A DNA stretch of 25,523 bases from Opitutales bacterium (lineage in GTDB: Bacteria > Verrucomicrobiota > Verrucomicrobiia > Opitutales > JABSRG01). The position numbers were made by a program, and so were the translations under genes. Below, in pieces: positions 1-9,400 of this stretch. The DNA lies in assembly GCA_049599475.1 (NCBI GenBank), contig JBMYOQ010000062.1, positions 1 to 25,523 of the forward strand. Direction: 5' to 3'. The notes beneath the pieces are model-generated. The model was not told where the DNA came from and searched no databases. It worked only from the letters and a program-made list of their open reading frames with translations. Positions within the stretch are counted from its first letter, which is position 1. Every line of letters begins with the position of its first letter.

Positions 1-52
1 ATGGTGCACTTTCACCCGCAAATTACTGGTGCATTTTAACCGCAAACCGACA
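1..52 (-). mobile_element. Terminal end of an insertion sequence, probably IS21 family (element body lies outside the window)
   Basis: 1..52 is the exact reverse complement of 25471..25522. It ends sharply at ...ACCGACA (TG...CA terminus) and contains two ~24-bp-spaced sub-repeats (TGGTGCACTTTCACCCGCAAA / TGGTGCATTTTAACCGCAAA), as in IS21-family ends. Confidence 0.8.
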
Positions 53-1126
53 TTAAAAATAGCAGTCACCCCAAAATACGCGGACGACTACATGTTTTCG
101 GCGGACCCTGAGATAGATTCAATGGTGAAACTAGTTGAAGCCAAACCCTCCTATCTTGAGGTGATGGATATGCCTTTCCGCAATATCATGCTGTGGATAT
201 ATCCCTTCGCCGACGCGCACTCCGCATTTAGGACGGGATCAATTCCCGCAGATGAGAAACAAGCGATCTATGATGAAATCTATGCGTTTACTTCGCTGTT
301 GCTCAAGCGTTACTCGGGAAGCGGCAAATCTATCTTTCTCGGCAATTGGGAAGGGGATTGGCACCTCATGCTGGAAAACTATGACTACTCGGCAGATCCC
401 TCTCCTGAGGCGATTCAAGGGGCGATTGAGTGGTTTAATATTCGGGAAAAGGCGGTTGCCGATGCGCGGCGCGACGTCGCCCACGAGGATCTCGAAGTCT
501 ACTGTTACATTGAGCTCAATCACGTAGCGAAGGCGATGGACGACGACCGCCCGACCATAGTAAACCGAGTCCTTCCGCACATCCGCACAGATTTCGTTTC
601 ATGGTCTAGCTACGACGTCACGAAGCCTGCCGCAATTATGGGAGGCGAGAAAGGCCGCCAGCGTGTTTTGGATGCTTTGGATTACATTGAGAAGCACCTC
701 CCAGAGAGCGACATCCCAGGCAAGCGTGTTTTCCTCGGTGAGTATGGGTTTGAGCTCGTCAATTTTCGCAACCCGGAAACGCAGCGCAACTACACCGCTT
801 CTATCATGAAGTGGTGCCTAGAGTGGGGCTGCCCCTTCGTCCTTTACTGGGAGCTCTACTGCAACGAAATCGAAAAGAAGACCGGGAAACACCGTGGGTA
901 TTGGCTGATCGATGACAAGGGAGAGAAGCAACCGATCTATCACTTCCATACCGATTTTTTGAAAAAGGCGAATGCGTTTGTGGAAGCCTACCAAGGCGAG
1001 CACGGAAAGCTCCCGAGCCAAGAGCGCTTCAACGAAAGCGCAGTCACGTGGATCGAGGAATATACGGCATATGGTATCAAAGCGGACGATGGCTCTGCGA
1101 TCCGTTCTGCGATTACTCACCCTTAA
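53..1126 (+). pseudogene. 5'-truncated putative glycoside hydrolase (clan GH-A-like TIM barrel, family unassigned), interrupted by the IS end
   Basis: Colinear with the paralog at 11259..12455 (LKIAV vs LIKFA, GNWEGDW vs GHWEGDW, DFVSWSSYD vs DFVSYSSYD, KRVFLGEYG vs KRVFIGEFA, LEWGCPFVLYWELYCNE vs LEWGCPFILYWEMYCNE). The first 8 codons of the ORF-track call (GTG at 29) lie inside the IS end. The signal peptide and first strand/helix seen in the paralog are missing. Confidence 0.75.
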
Positions 1127-1136
1127 TTTTTTTCTC

Positions 1137-2552
1137 ATGAGCGACTCCAATAAATCCAGTAATCTCGACCCCTCGGCCAAACTCGGGTGGGGAGAGAAAT
1201 TCGGCTACGCTGCCGGCGATATGGCTTCATGCCTGTATTTCGGCGTCCTCATGAACTTCTTGGCCATCTTCTACACAGATGTCTATGGCCTGAGCCCGGC
1301 GGTGTTGGGCACAATGCTCATTTTCACCCGTACCTGGGACTGGATCAATGATCCCATCATGGGGGCGATCGCTGACCGCACGAATACGAAAATGGGCTCC
1401 TTTCGCCCATGGATCCTGTGGATGATTGTTCCCTACATGGTGCTGGGGGTCCTCACCTTCACGACCTTTGATTTGGGCGATACCATGAAGATCGTCTATG
1501 CATACATCACCTACACCTTGTTGATGATGGCATACACCGCGATCAATGTTCCCTACGGCGCCTTGATGGGCGTGATGACTGCAAAGTCAGGCGAGCGCAC
1601 AATTTTAGCGTCCTTCCGCTTCGTCGGAGCCAATGCTGGCATTTTCTTGGTAACTTTGATGCTACCGTTCCTCGTGAAGTCGATCGGTGGCGAAGATAAT
1701 CCACAGCTGGGTTACTCCGGCGCTTTCGTGGTCATCGCACTAATGGCGGGGGCTCTGTTTTTTGTGACGTTTAAAACGTGTAAAGAGCGCATCCGTGTGG
1801 CTCAGAAAGAGAAGACTCCGATCGTCAAGGAATTCAAAGAGCTTCTCAAAAATGGACCCTGGCTCATCATTATTGCATTGAGTATTTTAACGGTCGTGGG
1901 ACAGGCCGTCCGCGCGACCTCGACTCTCCACTTTTTTAAATACGTGGCTGGGAATGAAGGGTGGGGTACCTCTTTGCTGCTCTACAATTCGGTGGCCGCC
2001 ATTGTAGCAGTCTTATTCGCTAAGACCATTGCCTCAGTCATTGGGTGTAAGAAGCGCGCCTATATTATTCTCAACCTGCTCTTCGCGGGAGTGCTGACTT
2101 GGTTTTACTTCATCCCGATCGACAATTTCGCGATGATGATCGCCAACCAGATCCTCCTGGCCTTTGTCGCGGCTCCCATGATGCCTCTGTTTTGGTCAAT
2201 GATTGCGGATACCGCAGACTACGGCGCTGCCAAATTCGGACACCGCTCCACGGGCATAATTTTCTCCGCTGGCACGTCATCGCAAAAGATCGGTTGGACT
2301 ATCGGACCCGCCCTGGCAATGTTTATCCTGGGTGGAGCCGGATTTGTCGCTAATGAAGTTCAAACGGACGTCACCAAAAATGCACTACACCTCATGATGA
2401 GCTTAATCCCTGCTGGTTTCGCTATCTTGACCGCGGTTGTCACCTTCTTCTACCCAATCGACCACAAAGTAGAAAAGGAACTCGAAGAGGCCATGAGTAA
2501 AATGAGCGACGACACCGATGATACCTCTGTAGACAAGGGCTGCCACGGGTAA
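1137..2552 (+). CDS. Glycoside-pentoside-hexuronide (GPH, MelB/XynP-like) MFS sugar:cation symporter
   Basis: Motifs EKFGYAAGD, WDWINDPIMGAIADRT, MGSFRPW, YTAINVPYGAL and MIADTADYG, plus multiple hydrophobic helices. Start moved to ATG 1137 (MSDSNK), 10 bp after the upstream stop. Confidence 0.92.
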   Translation: MSDSNKSSNLDPSAKLGWGEKFGYAAGDMASCLYFGVLMNFLAIFYTDVYGLSPAVLGTMLIFTRTWDWINDPIMGAIADRTNTKMGSFRPWILWMIVPYMVLGVLTFTTFDLGDTMKIVYAYITYTLLMMAYTAINVPYGALMGVMTAKSGERTILASFRFVGANAGIFLVTLMLPFLVKSIGGEDNPQLGYSGAFVVIALMAGALFFVTFKTCKERIRVAQKEKTPIVKEFKELLKNGPWLIIIALSILTVVGQAVRATSTLHFFKYVAGNEGWGTSLLLYNSVAAIVAVLFAKTIASVIGCKKRAYIILNLLFAGVLTWFYFIPIDNFAMMIANQILLAFVAAPMMPLFWSMIADTADYGAAKFGHRSTGIIFSAGTSSQKIGWTIGPALAMFILGGAGFVANEVQTDVTKNALHLMMSLIPAGFAILTAVVTFFYPIDHKVEKELEEAMSKMSDDTDDTSVDKGCHG

Positions 2553-2647
2553 CCCCGATTTTTTTTCGTGGGCAGATTGGCTGCTCGTTCTTGATATAAA
2601 CTTGCCGGAGATGGCAAATCAAAGCTCTACCTTTACAGTATATTAAA

Positions 2648-2969
2648 GGTTAGCGCCGGATTACCGTATCCGGCACAACTCGGCCTTAGCCGCGGAAGCT
2701 AACGCGCTTATGCCCGTTGGGGTCAACGGGCGCCACCCTTTGATGGAGGGCTTAGATATTTGTTCCCCATTTAAGTGAAGGACGCTCGCCCTCTGCCTTT
2801 AGAGTATTTTAACGGGTGGCGCCGGATCACCGTATCCGGCATGACTCGGCCTTCGCCGCGGAAGCTAACGCGCTTATGCCCGTTAGGGTCAGCGGGCGCC
2901 ACCCTTTGATGGAGGGCTTAGATATTTGTTCCCCATTTAAGTGAAGGACGCTCGCCCTCTGCCTTTAGA
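2648..2969. repeat. Two direct tandem copies (period 166 bp), each containing a ~91-bp REPIN-like element and a ~65-bp GGAGGGC...GCCCTC unit
   Basis: 2648..2803 is nearly identical to 2814..2969. The second copy is bounded by GGGTGGCGCC (2814) and GGCGCCACCC (ending 2904), with internal hairpins GCCGGAT-CACCGT-ATCCGGC and GCCCG...CGGGC. Confidence 0.9.
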
Positions 2970-2979
2970 AAAAAAATGG

Positions 2980-3066
2980 GGTAGCAACCGATCTCCGAGC
3001 GGTTGAAGACAGCAATTTCGCCCAGCTGATACGCCGCATTCAACCGCTCGGAGATCGGCCGCTGCC
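2980..3066. repeat. REPIN-like inverted doublet between convergent genes (possible bidirectional terminator or RNA stabiliser)
   Basis: 2980..3007 (GGTAGCAACCGATCTCCGAGCGGTTGAA) pairs with 3039..3066 with 3 mismatches. The left arm begins with the GTAG REP tetranucleotide. Confidence 0.8.
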
Positions 3067-3200
3067 GATGAGATCATCCTAAATGCAGCGCCATTGCTAC
3101 GCCATCTCCGGCAAGCCTACGTCCGCTGTCCCCAGCGTCCTCTTGGTCTAAACCTTCGCTTCTATAACCCACTCGCCGGAACCACGAAAACACGCAGCCC

Positions 3201-4685
3201 CTATTTCCGCTTACGTGTCATGCCGCTGGCAAGACGGGCCGCGCTGGCGGCGTCTTGCTCTTTGATGAATGCGGCTAGGGCTTTGGGGTCGTGTCGATTG
3301 CGGAAGGGTTCTAGGGCGACGTCGCCCATGTCTTCCATCCAGGCCTCGAGTGCGCCTCTAAGCTTTTCGACTTCTTTCGCGTAGCGTGGGTCGTCGATTA
3401 GATTGTTCAGGGCGTCGGGATCATTCTGATAATCATAGAATTCTTCCACTGTGCGGTGTTTGAAATGCTGTAGGCGAGCGTCGATCGAGCCGTTGTCGCG
3501 GGCTGCTTTTTCCATGGCTTTAAATGTGGGGGAGAAGAGGGTCGCCGACCTGAAGGCACGCTGGCCGTTGGACCATGGATTGAAAATGTAGCCGAAGCGC
3601 TTTGTTTCGACAGCGCGCATGGGGTTGCGGTGTCCTTTTGCGTTCTCATGGAATTCCTTAAAGACCTTGTCGCGGCCGCTTTGTTTTTCACCGCGTAGGA
3701 GCGGTGCAAAGCTGGTGCCGTCCATGCCGCCGGGATTCGCTACGCCGCAGAGCTCTAAAATCGTGGGCATGAAGTCGATTGCGGAAATCATGTGTTCGGT
3801 GTCGACGCTGCCCGGTTGCACCATTCCAGGGAAACGCACAATCCAAGGCGTGCGGGTGCTGTGGTGGTAAAGGTTTGTCTTGGCGAAGGGGAAGGGCATG
3901 CCGTGATCGGATAGAAACATCACGATCGTGTTTTCGCGCGCACCGGCGTCGTCGAGAGCCTTCAGGGCGGCCCCGGCTAGGTCGTCTGCGCGGCGGACGC
4001 TGTTGTAATAGTTGGTCACATCCTGGCGGACCTTAGGGATGTCGGGGAGGAATCCGGGCACGACGATTTCGTCTTTCGTAAAGAGACGTGAGGGCGGAAA
4101 GGCATCAAAGCCTTTTTTCTTGGATGCAGGGCTATTGAAAAGCGGATGGTGAGGGTCCGAAATATTCAGGACAAAATAAAAGGGTTTTCCCGCGGCCTTA
4201 CTGTCGTTGATGAATTTCTTTGTGAGTCTATAGACATTGTCATCGCTCTTTTGGCTGCCCTTGCCGCCGGTGGAATGAACCACTTTGTCCCATTTGTAAT
4301 TCGAGGTTGGCGTGGTATCCACGATCTTGCCCCAGATGCCTGTGCGGTAGCCTGCCTGTTTTAGAAGATCGGGCAAAAGTGGGAAATCGACCTGAACATC
4401 ATAGAAGCCCTCGACCCCGTTATTCTGCGGATAGCGGCCGGTTTGTAGAACGTTGCGTGATGGCGTGCAGTTGGGCACCTGGATGTGTGCGTGTTCGAAA
4501 TACATCCCCTCGGCCGCCAAATTGTCGAGGACCGGCGAAGTGTCCGGAATAGGGCAGTCATACACGCCCAAAGAGTCGGCATTCATGTCATCCACAGTAA
4601 TGAAGAGGACATTGGGTTGGCCGGCAGACAGACTGAGCGGGACAGCGAAAAGGGCAAAAAGGGCAAAAAGAACGTTTCGGGTCAT
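3201..4685 (-). CDS. Secreted Cys-type S1 sulfatase, N-sulfoglucosamine sulfohydrolase (SGSH/S1_8)-like
   Basis: Signal peptide, PNVLFITVDD, CTPSR signature, SDHGMPFPFAKTNLY, and EEFYDYQNDPDALNNL. The subfamily call is by motif resemblance. Confidence 0.92.
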   Translation of the reverse strand: MTRNVLFALFALFAVPLSLSAGQPNVLFITVDDMNADSLGVYDCPIPDTSPVLDNLAAEGMYFEHAHIQVPNCTPSRNVLQTGRYPQNNGVEGFYDVQVDFPLLPDLLKQAGYRTGIWGKIVDTTPTSNYKWDKVVHSTGGKGSQKSDDNVYRLTKKFINDSKAAGKPFYFVLNISDPHHPLFNSPASKKKGFDAFPPSRLFTKDEIVVPGFLPDIPKVRQDVTNYYNSVRRADDLAGAALKALDDAGARENTIVMFLSDHGMPFPFAKTNLYHHSTRTPWIVRFPGMVQPGSVDTEHMISAIDFMPTILELCGVANPGGMDGTSFAPLLRGEKQSGRDKVFKEFHENAKGHRNPMRAVETKRFGYIFNPWSNGQRAFRSATLFSPTFKAMEKAARDNGSIDARLQHFKHRTVEEFYDYQNDPDALNNLIDDPRYAKEVEKLRGALEAWMEDMGDVALEPFRNRHDPKALAAFIKEQDAASAARLASGMTRKRK

Positions 4686-4719
4686 ACGGGGAAATTCGGA
4701 TAGAGGGGAAGGTTATTTA

Positions 4720-4963
4720 GGGATGAAGGATGAGGGATGAAGGATGGAGTTTTTTAGGTACTAGGGCTTTTCTGAAAATCTAATTTTCTCCTGCACCTTG
4801 GGCGGTTAGGGAGAACTACACTCCACAATGTATAAGGGGGCTGGAGGGCGGTTCTCCGTAACCGCCTTTTAGACACGGCTCAGAGTCTTAGGTCGACAAA
4901 TGAAGTCTTCACCAGCCGCTTACTGCATTTAAGTTTTCATCCCTCATCCTTCATCCCTCATCC
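4720..4963. repeat. Inverted pair of heptamer tandem arrays, (GGATGAR)x4 ... (YTCATCC)x4, enclosing a GGAG-type REP-like hairpin
   Basis: 4721..4748 reads ggatgaa ggatgag ggatgaa ggatgga and 4936..4963 reads ttcatcc ctcatcc ttcatcc ctcatcc. 4720..4741 and 4936..4957 are perfect 22-bp reverse complements. Internal hairpin GGAGGGCGGTTCTCCGTAACCGCC at 4843..4866. Confidence 0.85.
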
Positions 4964-4967
4964 TTTT

Positions 4968-5008
4968 AAAAAAAAGCCCTCGCCGCGGTTATGGCACCGG
5001 GGAGGGCT
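4968..5008 (-). terminator. Rho-independent terminator of the GH130 gene
   Basis: On the minus strand, AGCCCTC-CCCGGTGCCATAACCGCGGC-GAGGGCT is followed by a T run, about 30 bp after the GH130 stop. Confidence 0.75.
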
Positions 5009-5039
5009 CGCTCGTTGTTGGAGTGGGAATGAAATTGCC

Positions 5040-6122
5040 CTATGCAACTGGATTCTCGAGCAGGTGGTCGAGGAGATCCTGGAGAGGCGTGGTGCAGACT
5101 GCGCAATGGACGTCGCCGCCGCCGTAGTAGAGGAAGTATGTGCCATCGATTACGACGTGTCCGCAAGGGAAGCAGACGCCCTTGTAGATGCCCTGGGTTT
5201 CATAGTCTTCTACGGGTTCGTAGATGGGCTTGGGGGTGCGGTGGGTGACCTTTGTTGGGTCGTCCAGATCAAGCAAGAGGGCGCCAAGGCGGTATTGCTT
5301 GTCGTCGCCGACACCGTGGTAAATTTGCAGCCAGCCCTTGTCGGTCTTGAGCGGTGGGTTGTTTGCGCCGATCTTGCACTCCCAGTCGTATTCGCCCTTG
5401 GCGAGGAGCTTCAGGTCCTTCCACTCAAGGAGGTCTTCACATTCGGCGATCCAGATGCCTGGGAACTCATTTGGGAAGCCTTCACCGTGCCACTGCATTG
5501 GGCGGTGAATGGTGTACCACTTGTCGTTTACCTTTTCTGGGAAGATCACGACATCGCGGTCGTCGAGCTTTGGGTTCGTCAGGCGGCCGGCGCGGAGCCA
5601 GTCATTGCTCGAGAGATCCTTGGTGAGGTAAAGGTGTGTGGAGGTAAAGTTCTCGCGCATTGCGATCGGGAACTCCTCGGGGAAGTGTCTGTTTTTGTCA
5701 GCGTGGTGGTTTTCGTTCTCCCAGTACTTCCCTGGAGGAAATGGGCGTGTTGCGGATGTGATGTAGTACCACTCACCGATCTTCACAATGCGTGGATCCT
5801 CGACACACCCGTTGTCGATGCTGCCTACTAGGGGTGAAAGCACGGGCTCGCTGGAAATGCGCTCGAAATTGTAGCCGTCCTTACTCTCGGCAATTCCGAG
5901 GTGGACGCGGTGCTCCTCGTCGTGGCCTGCTGCACGATACACCATTTTCACAGTGCCAGTGGCTTCGTCGTACCAAGCTGCTGGATTGGTCGTTACTTCG
6001 GATTCCCACTCAGAGCCTGGAAGGGGTGACAGAATCGGGTTTCCTTCGTAGCGCTTCAGCTGGTAAGCGGATGGATCAATCGTCGTTGGGCGCTGGGCCT
6101 CGGGGGTGGTCGTGTTACTCAT
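5040..6122 (-). CDS. GH130 family beta-mannoside phosphorylase-like protein (five-bladed propeller), cytoplasmic
   Basis: Motifs RYEGNPIL, NPAA, MVYRA, ESKDGYNF, GCVEDPR, FPEKVND, HRP, KIGANNPP, IYHGV, YRLGALLLD, VCFPCG and YYGGGD. No signal peptide. Start moved to ATG 6122 (MSNTTT), because the upstream extension is AT-rich intergenic DNA. Confidence 0.9.
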   Translation of the reverse strand: MSNTTTPEAQRPTTIDPSAYQLKRYEGNPILSPLPGSEWESEVTTNPAAWYDEATGTVKMVYRAAGHDEEHRVHLGIAESKDGYNFERISSEPVLSPLVGSIDNGCVEDPRIVKIGEWYYITSATRPFPPGKYWENENHHADKNRHFPEEFPIAMRENFTSTHLYLTKDLSSNDWLRAGRLTNPKLDDRDVVIFPEKVNDKWYTIHRPMQWHGEGFPNEFPGIWIAECEDLLEWKDLKLLAKGEYDWECKIGANNPPLKTDKGWLQIYHGVGDDKQYRLGALLLDLDDPTKVTHRTPKPIYEPVEDYETQGIYKGVCFPCGHVVIDGTYFLYYGGGDVHCAVCTTPLQDLLDHLLENPVA

Positions 6123-6365
6123 ATTTAGAAGGTTTAATTTGGTGAAAAGGTTTAAAATATATTCGGCTAGTGTTTGTGCGTGAGATGCTGTGATTTTGGG
6201 TGGTTTGCGGATTTCAAGAGTTATTGAAGTCCCTAGTGGGAGAATTCTTGTTCGAACGGGTTCTTGAGTGGATTGAAATCGCTTTCTCGATGACTCGATG
6301 TTTTGAATGTTGAGATATCGGTGAGAATAAATCAAACAAAAAAGCAGAAATAATGTCATTTTAGT

Positions 6366-6394
6366 TTGCCTTGCACGGAGACGAATTATAGCTT
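6366..6394 (+). promoter_or_regulatory. Candidate sigma70 promoter for the PilX-like gene
   Basis: TTGCCT-17 bp-TAGCTT, 45 bp upstream of ATG 6440, in a divergent AT-rich intergenic region. Confidence 0.35.
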
Positions 6395-6439
6395 CCGGAC
6401 CATCCCAATCACTCTACGTCCCTTTCAGCCCATCAGACC

Positions 6440-9400
6440 ATGACGCTCATTTCGTTTGAAAAGCCTTTATTGGAGCGCGACAGAGAGGGTTTTGCGCTAA
6501 TCGTAGCCATCCTTTTAGTGTCGTTCTTCTTGGTGCTGGTTTTAACCATAACCAGCTTGGTCCGCACCGAAACCCAATCCTCTTCTTATCAAAATCATGA
6601 GATCGCAGCGCAGCGAAATGCGATGCTCGCTCTGCGTGAGGCTCTCGGCGAACTTCAGGTCGCTGCAGGACCGGACCAGCGCATCACGGCGACGGGTGGA
6701 CTTTGGGACATTCCGGCGACGGGTACAGAGAATTTGGTCGGAGTCTGGAGTACTGAAGACTTGGACAACAATGGGGAGCCCGATGGCACTTTTCAGCGTT
6801 GGTTGGTTTCCCGTGTGAATTATGAGGACGCAGAGATGGAGAATCTGCCCACGCTTGCACAACCGATTGCCTTCGCCGGGCAAAATTACAACAGTACCGA
6901 TCCGGTCAATTACGCCGTGCTCGTTGGCAGTGGCAGTGTCATGAGTGACCCAAGCCGCCCTAACAGTTTTCCGGGAGTCGTGGGTGAGCTGAAATCTTTA
7001 CCTGCATCGAAACAGAATGCAGGTGGAAAATATGCCTGGTGGGTGGGTGATGAGGGGAGTAAAGCGCGCTTCGATATGCTGGACCCCTTTGCGTTTCAAG
7101 AAGTTCCAGGGTACGAGGCATCAGCCTGGCAGAATGCGAACCTCCGCACTGGATTGGCTTCGCAGTCGATGCATGGCAGCAGTCTTTCTGCGCTTACCGG
7201 CTTTTCGGGTTTGGATTTGGTAAATGTCTCCGCGCGGTCTGCGCAGTTGGCGAAAAGCACTTCAATGGGGCAGCTCTCGCTTGTTGAGTTTGATCCCGAC
7301 AGCACCCTACGCAGTGAAGAAGTGCGCCGCCATTTCCACGATATTACCGCAGACTCAATGGGTATACAGACTAATGCTCGTGCGGGAGGGTTAAAGCGCG
7401 ACCTGTCTCTGCTTTTCGAGCTGCCTGATGCTGTGTTTGATAGCTCCAGCTCAGCGTTCATGCAGGCCCTTTCGGATGAAAACCTTGTATATACCAATGC
7501 ACCAGGCGCGAAATCGACCCTGCCACTCATTTTTAAAGAACCGATTAGGGGAGCCGTGAATGGCGACATCTACGGCCCCACGTGGGACATGCTGCGTGAT
7601 TACTACCGCCTCTATAAAGGGGTGGCAGGTAGTGCGACGAGTGATCCATTGCTGCCCAGTGAATGGGGCCATACATATGCTCCGGGCAAGGCGTGGTTTA
7701 CGGATCAAGGGGGAGCCGCGAACGACCAGGAAGGCTGGTTGCGCTCATTGGCGCTGATGAATTGGCGGAATATTGGCGGGGTTGACCCCTATGAAACCAG
7801 TACGCGCTATCAGCGTGTTGCGCCGACGGCGTTCAAAGAATTGCAGGGTGTGACAGAGTTCGGCACCGTCCGAGCGACCAAAGGGGCCTATTTGCCCGTG
7901 CTTTCGCGCTTCACGATTCTATATTCCACGGTCGCGATACCCGATGGAAGTGGCGGTTATGATATGGATGTGGTGGTGCAGCCATTTATAGCCATGCACA
8001 ATCCTTACAACGTCTCTGTTGAAGCGCCAAATATGCGCGTGATGCAGGAGCTGGAAAAATTTGAAATCGCCGTGCGTCGCGATGATGGCGGGGTGACTTG
8101 GGACGGCAGCATTCCATTCAAGACGGGAGAGGTGAGCGCAAGTGACCCGAAGTTCTTAGGAAATGTCTACAAATGGTCAGCGAGCACAAATACCGAGAGC
8201 CGGAAATTGAGTGTGTCGAATATTTTTGAAGTCACATCGGGGGATAATGAGCCGCGCTTTTCGAGCAAATATGGCCGCGAACTCACCTATAGCTTGGGTG
8301 CCCATACCTATGCCCCTGGCGAAGTAAAACTCTTTGCCGCCTCCGGGAGTACGAGCTTCTCGAGCCGCGAAGTCACCTTGGATGAGTTTGGTGGTAGTTA
8401 CGATCCCAATAACGGCGTATACCTCGGGCTGCCCGGCTACAGTTTCTGGGTACATCCGGATGGTAATTCCGCGACCGCGCGCGAAAAGCTTCTCCAAGAA
8501 ATAGCCGGAGATGAAGACATAATGCTCCAGATCACCCATGGTTCCTACATGCGCATTGCGTATGAGGTTTATAATGCTGCGCATGGAAATTTTGATACAG
8601 CTGGGAGCTTTATACACGCTACGGATAAAATGTCGGGCGATAATGTTGTGCAGCGGACTCTGCCGCAATTGCAAGGGGAGGCTGAAGCGGATTATATCGA
8701 GTCGCTAGATGCTGCGGATAATTTCAGCGCGGGTCCGGTGCCTCATTTGGTGATCGATAGTTTCTTAAAGCCATTGGATTACGTGGAGCGTATCGGGCAG
8801 GCGGATACGATGAGCCAGCAGGAGCGCACATTTCCGAATTTCATTATTTCCAATCCTCTAGCGGCTTCGTTCTCGCATACGGCTACTGTTGAGAAGGATG
8901 GTAATGGTTTTGGGGCTATGATTCATACGGCCGGCTTCAGAGTGCCTGTTTCTACTGGGCCGACCTTGTCGCAAGATTTATATGACGGAGATAAGGGCTC
9001 ATGGGGGTCGAATACAGGTCGATTTGGGCAAAAGAACGCAGTGGTCCTTGAGATCCCGAGAGCCCCGCTGCATTCGCTCGGACAATTGCAGCATGCCTCG
9101 GTAAACCCATCGCCATACTATCCTGCATTATCGATCGGTCAGTCTTTCCGCAGTCCCTTCCTGAGTGCTTCTGATGAAATCTATCACAGTTTTACGGATG
9201 GTAAATATAGTTCGGGGCAGCCCTTTGTTTTTTACGATCAGAACTTCTTGCTGAACGAAGCCCTCTGGGATGGATATTTTTTCTCATCCATAGCCCCTCA
9301 GCCAGATGACGCTAGCTATAGCGCTGTAAGTCCTAGTTCTAGCTTTGATCCTTTTACGAATGATTTGCCTGATGTGGTAGATCAGCTCATCGTTGGAGAA

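Noticed and set aside
1..52. Linear replicon telomere or phage terminal inverted repeat
   Set aside because: There are no replication or phage genes. The TG...CA terminus lies at the inner boundary and interrupts genes, as expected for IS ends at contig breaks.
972..1136. N-terminal extensions in the ORF track (also 6123..6359, 12385..12477, 17036..17071, 24762..24809)
   Set aside because: They overlap upstream genes or intergenic DNA. Downstream ATGs give proper family N-termini or signal peptides.
2554..2571. Weak hairpin with a T-run after the symporter stop
   Set aside because: The T-run lies in the loop and the stem is short and bulged; not a convincing terminator.
3094..3384. 96-aa plus-strand ORF after the repeat cluster as a possible RAYT or small gene
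   Set aside because: It mostly overlaps the sulfatase 3' end antisense and has no HUH/Tyr motifs.
4644..4670. 9-bp tandem repeat encoding LFALFALFA
   Set aside because: In-frame low-complexity signal-peptide core; no evidence for phase variation.
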